Shown here: one piece after another, positions 48,818 to 61,600 of the stretch
Position numbering within the stretch: position 1 is the first letter of the stretch
Layout: every line of letters begins with the position of its first letter
From: Microbotryum violaceum
Lineage: Eukaryota
DNA: 64,000 bases
Assembly (NCBI GenBank): GCA_001244265.2
Contig: CDLV01000009.1
Span: 744,001 to 808,000, forward strand
Reading direction: 5' to 3'
Position numbers and translations under genes: made by a program
The notes under the pieces: generated by a model
Told to the model about the DNA's origin: nothing
Databases searched by the model: none
Seen by the model: the letters and a program-made list of their open reading frames with translations, nothing else

Positions 48818-50026
48818 TCACTGCGAGTCAGCGGCCTCTTCTTCCTCCGGTACCTCTATCGAATCAATCAAATTTCGATAGGCCGTCTCATTCGTTTTGG
48901 ACTGGTGCATTGAATGGTCCAAAAAAACGCAGGTGTGAGCCTCGGAGACGAGAATTCGCAAACTCTTATCCCTTGTCTTCGCTTTGAGTTTGCCACTCAC
49001 CTTGACCTGTAAGAACCCTTGTCTGATTTCGTTGACCATGGTTGAAAGAGGTTGTTTGTATACTTCCAATGTTAGGTTGACGATGTAGGTGTACCCTGCT
49101 TGAGCCATATTTAGTAATCTAATCCGGGCGTTGAAACTCCTCCCGATCTGGTCCCACCGCAAAAACTAACCAGGTATCAACCACCTCCTAGGCCCTTTAA
49201 CACCGCCTTCATCAACCTCGACGACTTGCCCCTCCCCCCCTTTTCCTCCCTGAGCTTCCCTCGTCACGACCAACCTAACAGCCTCTTTGAACCTTCTCCG
49301 ACATCGATTCCTCACCACCGCCGAGTTATGCACCCCTTTCTTGGACGCCATGATCGTTAACTGGAGTTCGTACGGATCTAAGCGGTTTTTGCGGGGTGCG
49401 ACGAGGTGGTGATAGAGAGGATGGTCTTTGGGGAGTTTGGAGGAGAGGGAAGGAAGTAGATGAAGAAGGGGCGGGGAGAGATGCGTGGCTTTGCCCTTAG
49501 GTTTGAGTGGGGAGGATTCGTCATTTGATCGGGGTGAAGAGGTGGGAGAATGTCGTGCGATCAGACGTGGTTGGGCGGGAAAGCAGCGGAGAGACCAGGC
49601 GCGGGAGGGTGGGGTGTAGGCTTGTCTGGGCGCATGGTTCGGGGGAAAGATAAGGTTCGGTGGGGAGGAATAGGATAGGGAGGCGAACTGCGCGCGTGTG
49701 AAGGGGAGGGAGGACGGTTAGGGACCGGGTAGGGACCGGGTAGGGGGTGAGGCTGAGGGGCGCGGGTTGTGGGTGCTTACTGTGAGGGACGTTTGGGACG
49801 GTGGGAGGGTGGAGAGTTGGGTGTGGCGCGGTCGGGGGGGAGGGGGCCGGGTTGGTTCGGAGGTGCCCGGGGAAGTGCCCGGAGAGGGGGACGAGGAGGT
49901 GGACGAGGAGGACGAGCTGGTCGGGGTGGGAGAGGCCTTGGGACGCTCAGAGTAGTATCGTGGATGGGGTTGGGTGATCGTAGTTCGCAAGGGGGAACAA
50001 CATGTCCATGGTGGTCGGACTCGCAT
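48818..50026 (-). CDS. Bacterial-type RNase P protein (RnpA)-like protein with putative mitochondrial presequence; 313 aa, 4 exons (50026-49781, 49687-49171, 49095-49001, 48901-48818)
   Basis: LQLTIMASKKGVHNSAVVRNRCRRRFKEAVRL (RNR motif), then WLIPG|YTYIVNL and a terminal helix. N-terminus MRVRPPWTCCSPLRTTITQPHPRYYS is Arg-rich with no acidic residues. All three introns are GT-AG and keep frame. Confidence 0.75.
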
Positions 50027-50864
50027 GCGCGTCGGTTGGGGTAGAAGGTGTGGAGGAGAGAGCAAGAAGCAGCTCGCGAATCTGCGGAGCCCAGGTCGTT
50101 TGAATCACGTGACAGGCGTCGATCATGACTCGGATCAACAATCGAGCAACCTTTCTTACGGTGTGAGATGATGCATTGCACTTTTACTGCGGATTTTCCC
50201 AGCAGAAACTAAAGATGGCTTTTAGGACGCAACTGACAAACAGAGAAACGAAACCCTGGAACATAACGGTTTAACGGTGTCCCCACGACTCCGAGTCCGC
50301 CTCTCTCCTTCCCATCGGATTCCATCCGACCATTGTTGCAAACGAGAACCCCTTTACGAAATTTTGCGGCGGTCTGGCCGGCAAGGCACATCATGGACTA
50401 CATCGCGAATTAGTACCAGGGTCTTCGAAGGGGTTTGGTGAGCAAAGAGGGACGGAATGAGAGGTCGGGGACCACTCCTGGCTGAATAGTCTTCGGCCCC
50501 TCCGGTGTCATTGCGGAGATCTCACTCCCCTTCAGCTGAGCCTCTAGACCGCTGCTCCCATCTCCGGAAAAAGTGACACTAAGCTCGCGAGGTGCATCAC
50601 CCGCCACACCAACTTATGGGAGCGCCATCAGTGAGTCGGATCGCTCCCCTCGGCACTCACTCCGAGCGTGGATTGGAGATGCCATACTCCCAGGCCGAGT
50701 TCCCAGGCTTGGCAAACGGACATCACACCAAGCACGAATACGTATTACCTTTGGTTTACTTTTTCTCTCTCTGTGCTCAGGGCAGCTGATGCCCCTCGTG
50801 TTCTAGGCTATATTGTAGTGCGTCGAATCGGCTCAGCTCGAATTCTGCCGGTTCGGCCATGAGA

Positions 50865-50948
50865 TGTCGGCACAACCTGTCGGCACACCCTGTCGGCACA
50901 ACCTGTCGGCACAACCTGTCGGCACAACCTGTCGGCACAACCTGTCGG
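50865..50948. repeat. 13-bp tandem repeat (TGTCGGCACAACC) x6.5
   Basis: Six full units (one with A>C) and a partial unit, head-to-tail with no spacers. Confidence 0.95.
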
Positions 50949-51729
50949 GAGAATTTGATACATTTCGCATCGATTCGACCATTTCAAGGTGGTGTTCATC
51001 GAGTTTATCAACCATGCTTATCGGCATCCCGTTCCCTCTTGTCTGAATGACTCGTCAGCCTCAGCATGGTCAAGCGAAGGCTGAACGAAGAATGACTCCT
51101 CTCCTTCTCGGCGACGGGCCAATTGGGCCCGACGCGCTCACCCTTGGATCCGGGAGGAAAAAAGTACTCCTATGGGCTTGTCAAACCGTGCAATGTCTCC
51201 TCTCGTAGAATTTGACCGTTTATCTGTACACATGATATCGTTGCACATCGATACAACGCCGCGCACGGGCAGTTGACGGTGTCGCCTGCTCCGAGGTGTG
51301 TGGGTCAAGCCACTGGGTCGCACGCTCGGCAGCATCCGACATCACTCTTGTTCTTGAGCATTCGGCGATGCGCTTCCGTGGGCCTTTAACAAAGCTACTC
51401 CCTCTCTGATATCTGTTGGTCACCAACCTGCCGAAACTCCAGAAATTGATCCTCGTCGCGATCGCCATCTCTCCGTTGGCTCAGAGGGCAACAAGAACAT
51501 CTGGCCCGGGATCAAGTACGTCACGGAATTGTTACCGACCTATCTCGAGCTCAAGGATCGGGATGGATGGGTCGGGACTTTGCCCTCCGGGTGCGCTTGC
51601 ACTCGCGACGGTTTCGCCGTGTCAAGAGACCACCGTCCGACGGCGCCCCGGCCGGTGGCCACCTAAGATGGCTCGCACTGCATCTGCACATGATATTACA
51701 GCCCTTATTACTCTATGAAGCTTTGGTCG

Positions 51730-51748
51730 TCACCAAGCTCTTGTTGTG

Positions 51749-51782
<34 letters not shown>

Positions 51783-52421
51783 TCGTACGCCACCATGTCT
51801 CGGGGACCCTTTTCGCCAATGCCGTCCCGAACCAGAATCGTTTGTCCCCGAATCCGAACCATTGCCATCTCCCAAAGACTGAAGGGGAGCGGTTCAAACA
51901 CGCTCGTCAGACTTCAGTGATCGACAAGAGTAGCGTCAAGATCGTTTTTGCTGAACTCAACTCCAATAAGCACATTTTCTGCCGGCCCATTTGGCAGCAA
52001 AAGGCAGCGCGACGACGTTCCAGATCAATTGCAACTGTCGCATCGATGCTTGCCACTGTTGTTCGTCTTCGTACGCGATGCGCGAGGAAGTCCACGAGGA
52101 TTCGGAGGAGAGGTCGGAGAGATCGTCTTCGTCTTCTGAGGAGGAGGGGGACGCGAGACTTGAGCTGAATGAGGAAGAGGAGCTGAGAAACGGATGGGGT
52201 GTTGGTGTGGGATGGGATGTCGAAGCGTAGGGTGTGGGGTTGTAGGGCCATGCTGTTGCGACGGTGGAATTTGTAGGCTCTATGCGGGTATTGGTGGAGG
52301 TGGAGGTGGAGGCTGCGGCATTCGATGAAACGGTAGAGGTGGACGAGGTGGGGGTGTCAATTGCGGAGGGATCAGCGTCCAGCTTGAGGTACCCTGTTGT
52401 AGGGGAAGTGGGGTGGGCCAT
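51730..52421 (-). CDS. MIM2: Mitochondrial import (MIM) complex subunit Mim2-like
   Basis: Acidic Ser-rich stretch, then EQQWQASMRQLQLIWNVVALPFAAKWAGRKCAYW|IFGRW, the Mim2 core pattern. Start codon and last exon uncertain. Confidence 0.7.
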
Positions 52422-52695
52422 CCTCGTGCCGCATGTGAAAGGTATATGAGGCTCGACGGTGGTTGACAAAAGAGTAGAACGCAGAGATGTGGTGAAGTAT
52501 GGCGTCGTAATTTGGCCGGCATGATGTGGGTCCTCGCTGGCCGGCCGCCGCGCTCTGCCGCGCTTCGATCGGACAGAATGGGCAGTCGGTCTGAGCGCTT
52601 GGGCGCGCTACGCTCAGGCGCGTCGCGTCGCCGGGGTTGGCTTTCATCCCACACACTCGCACTCGAACTCGCGGCAACAGGGGGAACGAGACGCG

Positions 52696-55600
52696 ATGGA
52701 CACCCCGCCCAAGGCCTCATCGTCCCAGGGTCGTGCGCTAGACGGTGACCATGAGTCTTCTCAACCCTCTACATCCACCACCACCCCCACGGGCTCCACG
52801 TTGGACCTAGCTCCTCTCCGACTGTACCTCAACCAACTCGTGCCCCTCATACTGGGCGCACGGCCCTCGGAACTTGAACCCATGTACAAGGACCCTTCGT
52901 TCGAAGCGATCGTCACCAAGTGGGCGAATGAACCGAGTCAGGGGAGTGTGTACATAGTCAAGTCGAGGATCGAACCTGACGACGATGAGGATCAGCTCGA
53001 GCAGTCACGAGGTACGCGCCGGAGCCTGCCTGAACCACACGGTTGTGTGCACTCTTCAACACGGGGAAAGGCACAAACACAATTCGCAACAAGAACTGAG
53101 CCGAGGTTCTACTCCCCAGCAGACGCCTCGGATGCACCGACCTATTCGTTCCTGCTCGCTCCCGTGCTCTCCTATTCTAGCACCCAAGCTGCGACCTTGG
53201 CCCTGATCAAGCACTCATCGACGCTCGACCTGAGTCTCCCCCTCTCGACCCAACTCCATTGCCTCAACCTTTTCGGTCCCGCAGCTTCGACCTCCTCCTC
53301 ATCCAGTACCTCGGCTCTGAACCCATCCTCAGAATCTTCAGCGACCAACGTCGGATCAACCGTCTACGAGGGTTTGCATCGACTTGTCCACTACGGCGTC
53401 GCACCCGCTTTCGAGGCGTTCGTCGAGAGTAAAGCGATCAAGGAGAAGCAGTTGGAGTTGGCGAGTGGTAGAAGTCGACGGCGGCAGGACGACAACAAGG
53501 AGAACGACTCCAAGTTGGGCATCCCCATGACCAAGAAGAAGTTTGCCGAACTCGAATTGAGCTTGTTGCACCGTACGTCATCCGAGTTCGTCATAAAGCT
53601 TACGGGGGAGCAAACAAAACTGAGCTCTCCATTGGAACACAAACAGTGCAACAAAATGTCGAGATACCCGACATCGTCTTGTCGATTCACCCGACCATCT
53701 CCGCCGCCATTGCTTCGGCGCAGGCAGCCGGGGTCCGACCCTCGGTCGACCTGATCGACGCCTCGATCCTCGAAGACTCGACTTTCCTCAACAAACTACA
53801 GTCCGAAGTCAACTCGTGGATCAAGGAGATTCAAAACGTCACCAAACTCTCACGCGACGTTGCTTCGGGTACGGCTTCGCAAGAGATTAATTTCTGGCTG
53901 GCGATGGAGAAGGCGTTAGAGAGCATCGAGGAACAACTCAGGAGCGACCCGATCGTGTTGACGTTGGATATCCTCAAGACTGCAAAGAGGTTCCATGCGA
54001 CCGTTTCTTTCATGTCTGATACGGGGTTGAGGGGCGCGACAGAGATTGGTGGGTTTGCTCGGAAAGCTGGCTCACCCTACGGGAATCTGATTCAACGCAG
54101 AGGAGTGCTCCCACAGTCACCAAGTACAACCAGTTGATGAAGGACTTTCCGTTGAACGAGTTGCTTTCTGCAACGGACCTCGCCAAGGTCCAGGACTCGT
54201 TACATATGATCTTTGGTCATGTCAACAAGAAACTCAAGCTTTCGTGAGTGCCCGAGTGGTGAACCCACTTAGACAGCGTTTCCTGACTGAGCCGATTCTG
54301 TGGTCCCCCGTCGCAGACCTTACCCGATTCGACGCGCCTTACCTCTCGTCGAAGCCATCTCCCAGGACCTTAATGACCAACTGCTCAAAGTACTCGGCTC
54401 GCAACGTCTGGCCTACCTCGACTACGCCGCTTTTGAACGTTCCATGTCGGCATGTTCGGCCGTCTTCCACGCGTGGGACGAGGGGCTCAAAGAGTTCACG
54501 ACCGTTGCGCGTGACGTGACGAGGAAGAGGAACGAGAAATTCATTCCTATCAAGATCAATGCTCGGCATGCGGCTTTGCAGGAGAGGGTTGGATATTTCA
54601 GACAGTTCAGGAAGCAGCATCATCAGCTGCAGGTCATGGTTGGACCGCTTGGGACTGAGGTCGGTGGTGCCAAGAGGATCACGACCGGTGCTACGGCTGA
54701 GGGAGGTCAGGAAAGATACGCGAGCGTCTTGAACGATGTCGATATGGATGCCGAGGTCAAGCTTGCGTACGAGAACGTCAAGAACGTCGATGTGTTGGAT
54801 GTCTCTTCTGGTGAGGTGCTACTGCGCGACCGTGGCTACAGCCGCTTTGTAGGCTGACGATCTGATCTTTCTAACAGAGGGAACCGAGATTTGGGTCACG
54901 GCCGAAACGAGCTACAACGAACGCGTTGCGAGAGTCGAGAATCAAATCATCGCTCGACTGAGGGACCGTTTGGCGAGTGCGAGAAACGCGAACGAGATGT
55001 TCCGCGTGTTCAGCAAGTTCAACGCCCTCTTCGTACGACCCAAGATTCGAGGTGCGATTGCTGAATACCAGTCCGAATTGATCGATTCGGTCAAGGAGGA
55101 TATTCGCGCCTTGCACGACAAGTTCAAGCGCTCGTACGCGCAGTCCGAGGCTTACCATATGTCGCAACTTCGTGACCACCCACCTGTGTCGGGCGCGATC
55201 GTTTGGGCCAAGCAGATCGAACGTCAGTTGTTGGCGTACATGAAGCGCGTCGAGGACGTATTGGGTAAAGGGTGGGAGTTGTATGCCGAAGGGACCAAGT
55301 TGCAAGCCGAGTCGCAGAGTTTCCGTCGCAAGCTCGACACTCGACCCATCTACGATGCTTGGTTGCACGACATTCAACGCCGCAACTTGCAAATCACGGG
55401 AAGGTTGTTCGACATCACCAAGAGTCGAGCGCAAGGTGGGCTATTGCAACTCGTCGTCAATTTCGATGCGCAGATCATCACACTCTTCAAAGAGGTTCGC
55501 AATCTCGTTTGGTTGGGCTTTTCGGTCCCTCATACAATCTCCAATATTGCCAAAGATGCTAAACGCGTATACCCGCACGCCGTATCGTTGATGGAAACCG

Positions 55601-58600
55601 TCCGAACCTATTCGCAAACAATCGCCAAGCTCCAAGCCAATCCTGGCATCGCGGCGCTCGTCGCCGAGTTTCGAACGAACGCTCAGCAGCAGATCACCAA
55701 GGGAATGAATGTGCGATGGGAACACGTCGTCAACTCGTTCGATTCGAGACATGCTCTATCGACGTACCTCCCTAGCTCGAGCTCGACGACGGGCACTTCG
55801 AACGAAGTTGCGATCGGCGGCGGAAAACATGGCGTCTACGTGCGTGAATTCGCCAGTGTCGTCTCCGCGTTCCAAGACCGCACGGATGCGCTCATCGACA
55901 TGTACGCCGAGTTGACGCGCACGATCGACAACCTCGCGACGTGCGCTTATGACCCGACTGCGTTTGCGGCTTTGCTCGAATCGGTGCAAAAGACGATTGA
56001 TCAGCTCAATCTTGAAGGGTACGCAAATTTGGACGCTTGGGTCGCCGAGTTGGATACCAAGATTGAGGCGATCTTGTTGACGCGTTTGAGGGCGGTCATC
56101 GATCGATGGTGCGTCGAGTTCCGACGAGACGCCGAGCAGGGACAGAGTGGTGGAGGGGAGGGGTCCGCCCCGAGGAAACGTGTCGCGACGAATGCCGGAG
56201 GCGTGGTCAAGGATGGTGTTGCCACCGCGACGACGGCTGGAGCGCCTGCTGTTGAAGGAGATGGTCTGCAGCTCGAATCCGTTGTCCATGAGATCCGCAT
56301 CCAGAATCAAGTCATCTACCTCGACCCTCCGATCGAACGAGCTCGCCAGAGCTGGTACTCGCAACTTCATCGATGGCTCGGCGTCGTATGTGGTCTCAGG
56401 CGCATCCAATCTTCGCGGTACGAGATCGGTCTCAAGTTGCGCTCCTCGGCTGCTCAACAACCCGCCAATTACATGGGCTTGTTGAGTCAATTGACGGATG
56501 GTACGCTCGAGAAACCCTTCGCGCTCGTCGAGGACAAGTTGCGCAAGATCTTGCAGTACGTCAACAAGTGGCTGCAGTTCCAATCGCTCTGGGACCTCGA
56601 GTCGGACTTCGTCTCTGCACGCCTGGGCGACTCGCTTGCTTCGTGGCAACAGTTGTTGCTTGAGATTCGCAAGACGCGTGGAACGTTTGACAATTCAGAG
56701 ACACAGCGCTCGTTTGGTGTTGCCGTCATTGACTACGAACAGGTTCAGAGCAAGGTCAACGCCAAGTACGATACGTGGCAGCGCGACATTCTTGGTCGTT
56801 TCGGATCCAAGTTGGGTTCCACGATCAAGGAGACCCATGCGGCGATCCAGAAAGCTCGACATGACTTGGAGCACCATTCGATCGAGGGGTCCTCAACGGC
56901 TGCGACGGTGTCGTTCATCACGTACGTTCAGGACGTCAAGCGCAAGGTCAAGCAATGGGCGCCCATGGTCGAAATCTTCACTCAGGGGCAAAAGACGCTT
57001 GAACGCCAGCGCTACCAGTTCCCCAACGATTGGCTTCACGTCGATCAGATCGAAGGGGAATGGTCTTCGTTCAATGACATTTTGGCGCGCAAGAACGCGT
57101 CCATCCAGGACCAGTTGGCGGGTTTGCAGCTCAAGATCGTTGCGCAAGATCAAATCTTGCACAACCGCGTCAACGAGGTTGTCGTCGATTGGGAAGCAAA
57201 CAAGCCGATCCAAGGGTCGCTCAAGGCTGATGCGGCGATGACGGCGATCAACATTTTTGAACAACGCGTCGAACGCCTCAAGGATGAATTGGACGAAGTT
57301 GCACGCGCTAAGGAGGCGTTGGATCTTGATCTCGTAAAGGACGATCGACTCGAACCGGTTCGGGAAGAGATTCGAGACCTCAAGGCCGTATGGACTGCGT
57401 TGTCGGGCGTATGGGCCCAAATCGCCGAAGTGAGGGAGACATTATGGACCTCTGTGCAAGCTCGCAAATTAAGGCAGTTGCTTGATGGTCTCCTTGCGAC
57501 GACAAGAGACATGCCCTCCCGCATGCGCCAATACGCCGCATTCGAATACGTGCAAGAGGCATTAAGGGCGTTGCTCAAGTCGAATGCTCTGATCGGGGAC
57601 CTAAAGTCCGAGGCGCTGAGGGAGAGGCATTGGAGGCAGTTGTTCAAGTCCTTGAGGGTCGGGGCGACGTATTCCCCTAGTTCGATGACGTTGGGTACGG
57701 TGTGGGATTTGGATCTGAAGAGGAACGAAAGCATCATCAAGGAGGTGATCGTGCAAGCCCAGGGGGAGATGGCCCTGGAGGAATTCTTGAAACAGGTCAG
57801 TTGGCGATCGATGAAACAAGGATTTGAGCTCGAAGACCTGAACTCACCCAAGGGGTTTACCTTTGTTTTATTTTATTTATTTTTATTTATTTTATAGGTC
57901 AAGGAGACGTGGACCAACTACACGCTCGACCTCGTTAACTACCAGAACAAGACGCGCCTCATTCGCGGCTGGGACGACCTCTTCTCCAAGTGCGGCGAGA
58001 ATCTCAACTCGCTCACGGCGATGAAACTCTCGCCTTACTACAAGGTCTTCGAAGAAGACGCGTCGTCGTGGGAGGATCGCTTGAACCGCATCCACGTGCT
58101 CTTCGACGTCTGGATCGACGTGCAACGCCAATGGGTCTATCTTGAGGGCATCTTTTCCGGTAGTGCTGACATCAAGCACCTGCTGCCTATCGAGTCGCAG
58201 CGTTTCAACAACATCAACGCCGAGTTCCTGACCGTGATGAAAAAGGTGTTCAAGTCGCCGTTCGTGCTAGACGTGCTCAATATCCAAGGCGTGCAGAAAT
58301 CGCTGGAACGCTTGGCCGACCTCTTGTCCAAGATCCAAAAGGCGCTCGGTGAATACCTCGAACGCGAGCGTTCGTCCTTCCCCCGCTTTTACTTTGTCGG
58401 TGACGAGGATTTGCTGGAGATCATCGGCAACAGTAAGGAGATTGTGCGCATCGGCAAATTTCTCAAAAAGATGTTTGCGGGGCTTTCGTCGATCAAGCTC
58501 GACGACGAGATCACGCGCATCGAAGGGATGGCCTCGAGAGAGGGTGAAGAGGTCATGTTCTCGACCCCGATCATCTTTGCGGAACACCCCAAGATCAACG

Positions 58601-61600
58601 ACTGGCTCACGCGCCTCGAGTCCGAGATGAAGGTCTCGCTCGCTAAGCTTCTTGCGCGCGCTTATGCCGACCTCGAGGCGTTCTACGTCGCCGATTCGGG
58701 ACTCGATACGGCCAAGTTCCTCGCTTGGATCGATGAGTACCCTGCTCAGCTCGTTGTTGTTGCGGTACAAATTGCTTGGACGCGCCTCGTCGAGTCTGCG
58801 ATCGAAGGCCGCAAGTCGCTCACAGATGGCCCCCTCGCCACCACCTTGCGCGGTCTTGACGTCCTCGCCGACACGGTCTTGACCGAGCTGGCACCCATCC
58901 AACGACGCAAGTGCGAGCACCTCATCACCGAGCTCGTGCACGAACGTGACGTGCTTCGTCTGCTTGCGGCCAAGGGTGTTTCCTCGACCAAGGACTTCGA
59001 GTGGCTCTACCACATGCGCTTCTACCTCGACGTCTCGCGCGAGAACCCGCTCGAGCAGTTGAGCGTCCACATGGCCTCGGCGACCTTCACTTACGGGTTC
59101 GAATACCTCGGCGTCCCCGATCGATTGGTCCAGACGCCTCTCACCGATCGTTGCTACTTGACCTTGACGCAAGCGCTCGACTCTCGACTTGGTGGATCGC
59201 CCTTCGGTCCTGCCGGTACGGGTAAGACCGAAAGTGTCAAAGCTCTGGGTGTCGCGCTCGGTCGCTTCGTGCTCGTCTTCTGCTGTGACGAGACATTCGA
59301 CTTCCAGGCCATGGGTCGCATCTTTGTCGGCCTGTGTCAGGTGGGAGCGTGGGGCTGCTTCGACGAGTTCAATCGACTGGAAGAGCGCATTCTTTCGGCT
59401 GTGTCGCAGCAGATTCAGAGCATTCAACTCGGTCTCAGTGCGGGTTTGACCGACCCCAATGCCGAAGTCGAGCTCGTTGGCCGACACGTCAAACTCAGCC
59501 AGGACACGGGCATCTTCATTACAAGTAAGTGAAGCGACGCACTTCAAAGCTTTGCATCTCAAGCGAAAACTCATGATTTTGTCGGCCGTCTTGACAGTGA
59601 ATCCTGGCTACGCTGGTCGATCGAATCTCCCGGACAACTTGAAGAAGTTGTTCCGCAGCATCGCCATGACCCGACCCGACCGCGAGCTCATCGCGCAGGT
59701 CATGCTTTTCTCGCAAGGTTTCCGCACTGCTGAGACGCTCGCTTCCAAAGTCGTTCCCTTTTTCAATCTGTGCGCGGAACAGTTGTCGTCGCAACCGCAT
59801 TACGACTTCGGTCTCCGGGCGCTCAAGGCCGTCCTCGTCAGCGCTGGTCACCTCAAGCGCGAGCGATTGCAAGCCGCTGCAGCCGCCGCTGCAGGTGACG
59901 AGGACACGACAGCCACGATCTCGAGCGTCGACATCCAGGAACAAGAAATCTTAATCCAGAGTGTGACCGAGACGATCGTACCCAAGCTTATCGCGGACGA
60001 CGTTCCACTCTTAACGAGTCTGCTCGCCGACGTCTTCCCTGGCATTGATTACGTGCCCGTCAATCTCGACAAGCTCAAGGAACACGTCCTCGCGGTCAGC
60101 GCCGAGCGCCATCTTGTTGCCGACGAAGCATGGCTCCAGAAAGTCATTCAGCTCTACCAGATCCAAAACATCCAGCACGGTCTGATGATGGTCGGTCCTT
60201 CGGCGACGGGAAAAACCTCGGCTTGGCGCGTGCTGCAAGCTGCGCTCGAGCGCTTGACCGGCGTCGAGGGTGTTTCATATGTTATTGATCCCAAGGCGAT
60301 CTCCAAGGAAGCGCTGTACGGAACGCTCGACTCGACGACCCGCGAATGGAACGACGGTCTGTTCACACACATCTTGCGCAAGATTGTCGATGATGTTCGA
60401 GCCGAGAGCACCAAGCGCCATTGGATCGTGTTTGATGGTGATGTCGATCCCGAATGGGTAGAGAATCTGAACAGGTGAGCGCATGGATGTGCGCTGGAAT
60501 TGCGAGTTTTGCTTTGCTTTGCTGCCTCTTCTGAACTCTCGGCATCCTCACAGTGTTCTCGACGACAACAAGTTATTGACGTTGCCAAACGGAGAGCGCC
60601 TTAATCTGCCCCCGAACGTTCGCATCATGTTCGAGGTCGAGTCCCTCAAGTACGCCACTTTGGCGACCGTGTCACGTTGCGGTATGGTCTGGTTCAGCGA
60701 GGATGCGGTGACCCCTTCGATGCTCTACCGCAACTACCTAAACTCGATTCGCGCCGTTGCGATCGACTCGGTCGAGGACGATGCCGCTATGTCTCGCCCC
60801 TCTGCGCGCGGCATCGGAGAAGATTCGTCAGAAGTCTCGTCCAACCTCGCGACCCAATGCCTCGTCGCCGATAAGCTTGAACCGCTGTTCCTTGATGCCG
60901 ACGGCCTGGTACCGAAGGCGCTCGCCTTCGCCTCGCGCATGGACCACATCATGGACTTCACAAGTATCCGTGCCATCACGACGCTCTTCTCGCTGCTCAA
61001 CAAGACGATTCGCAATGTCGTCGAATACAATGCGCAACACTCGGACTTCCCTCTTAGCCCCGAGCAGGTCGAGTTGTACGTCATGAAGCGATTCCTGCTC
61101 GCGATCGTATGGTCGTTCACCGGTGACTCGAAGCTCGACACGCGGGCGAACCTCGGCGACTTTTTGCGACAGAACTCGAGTCTTGACTTCCCTCCCCTCG
61201 GACCGGGGTCGTCGCTCATCGACTTCGACGTTCACGTTGGGTCCGGCGATTGGACGCCTTGGCAGAGCGCTGTGCCGACGATCGAGATCGAAACGCATGC
61301 TGTCTTGTCGGCCGATGTCGTCATTCCTACGATCGATACGGCTCGTCACGAGGAGGTCCTGTACTCGTGGCTATCGGAGCACCGCCCCTTGATGCTCTGC
61401 GGCCCCCCCGGTTCGGGTAAGACGATGACGCTGTTCTCAGCGCTGCGCAAGCTTCCCGACCTCGAGGTCATTGGACTCAATTTCTCGAGCGCGACGACTC
61501 CCGATCTCATTCTCAAGACGTTCGAGCAACGCTGCGAGTATCGCAAAACGCCGAACGGGATTATCCTTGCCCCGGCCCAGATCGGTCGGTGGATCGTCTT

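Noticed and set aside
50865-50948. CRISPR-like array
   Set aside because: The units are head-to-tail with no unique spacers, there are no cas genes, and the context is eukaryotic.
58267-59574. 435-aa antisense ORF (and similar ones) within dynein, XDH and SEC27
   Set aside because: Antisense shadows of GC3-rich conserved coding sequence.
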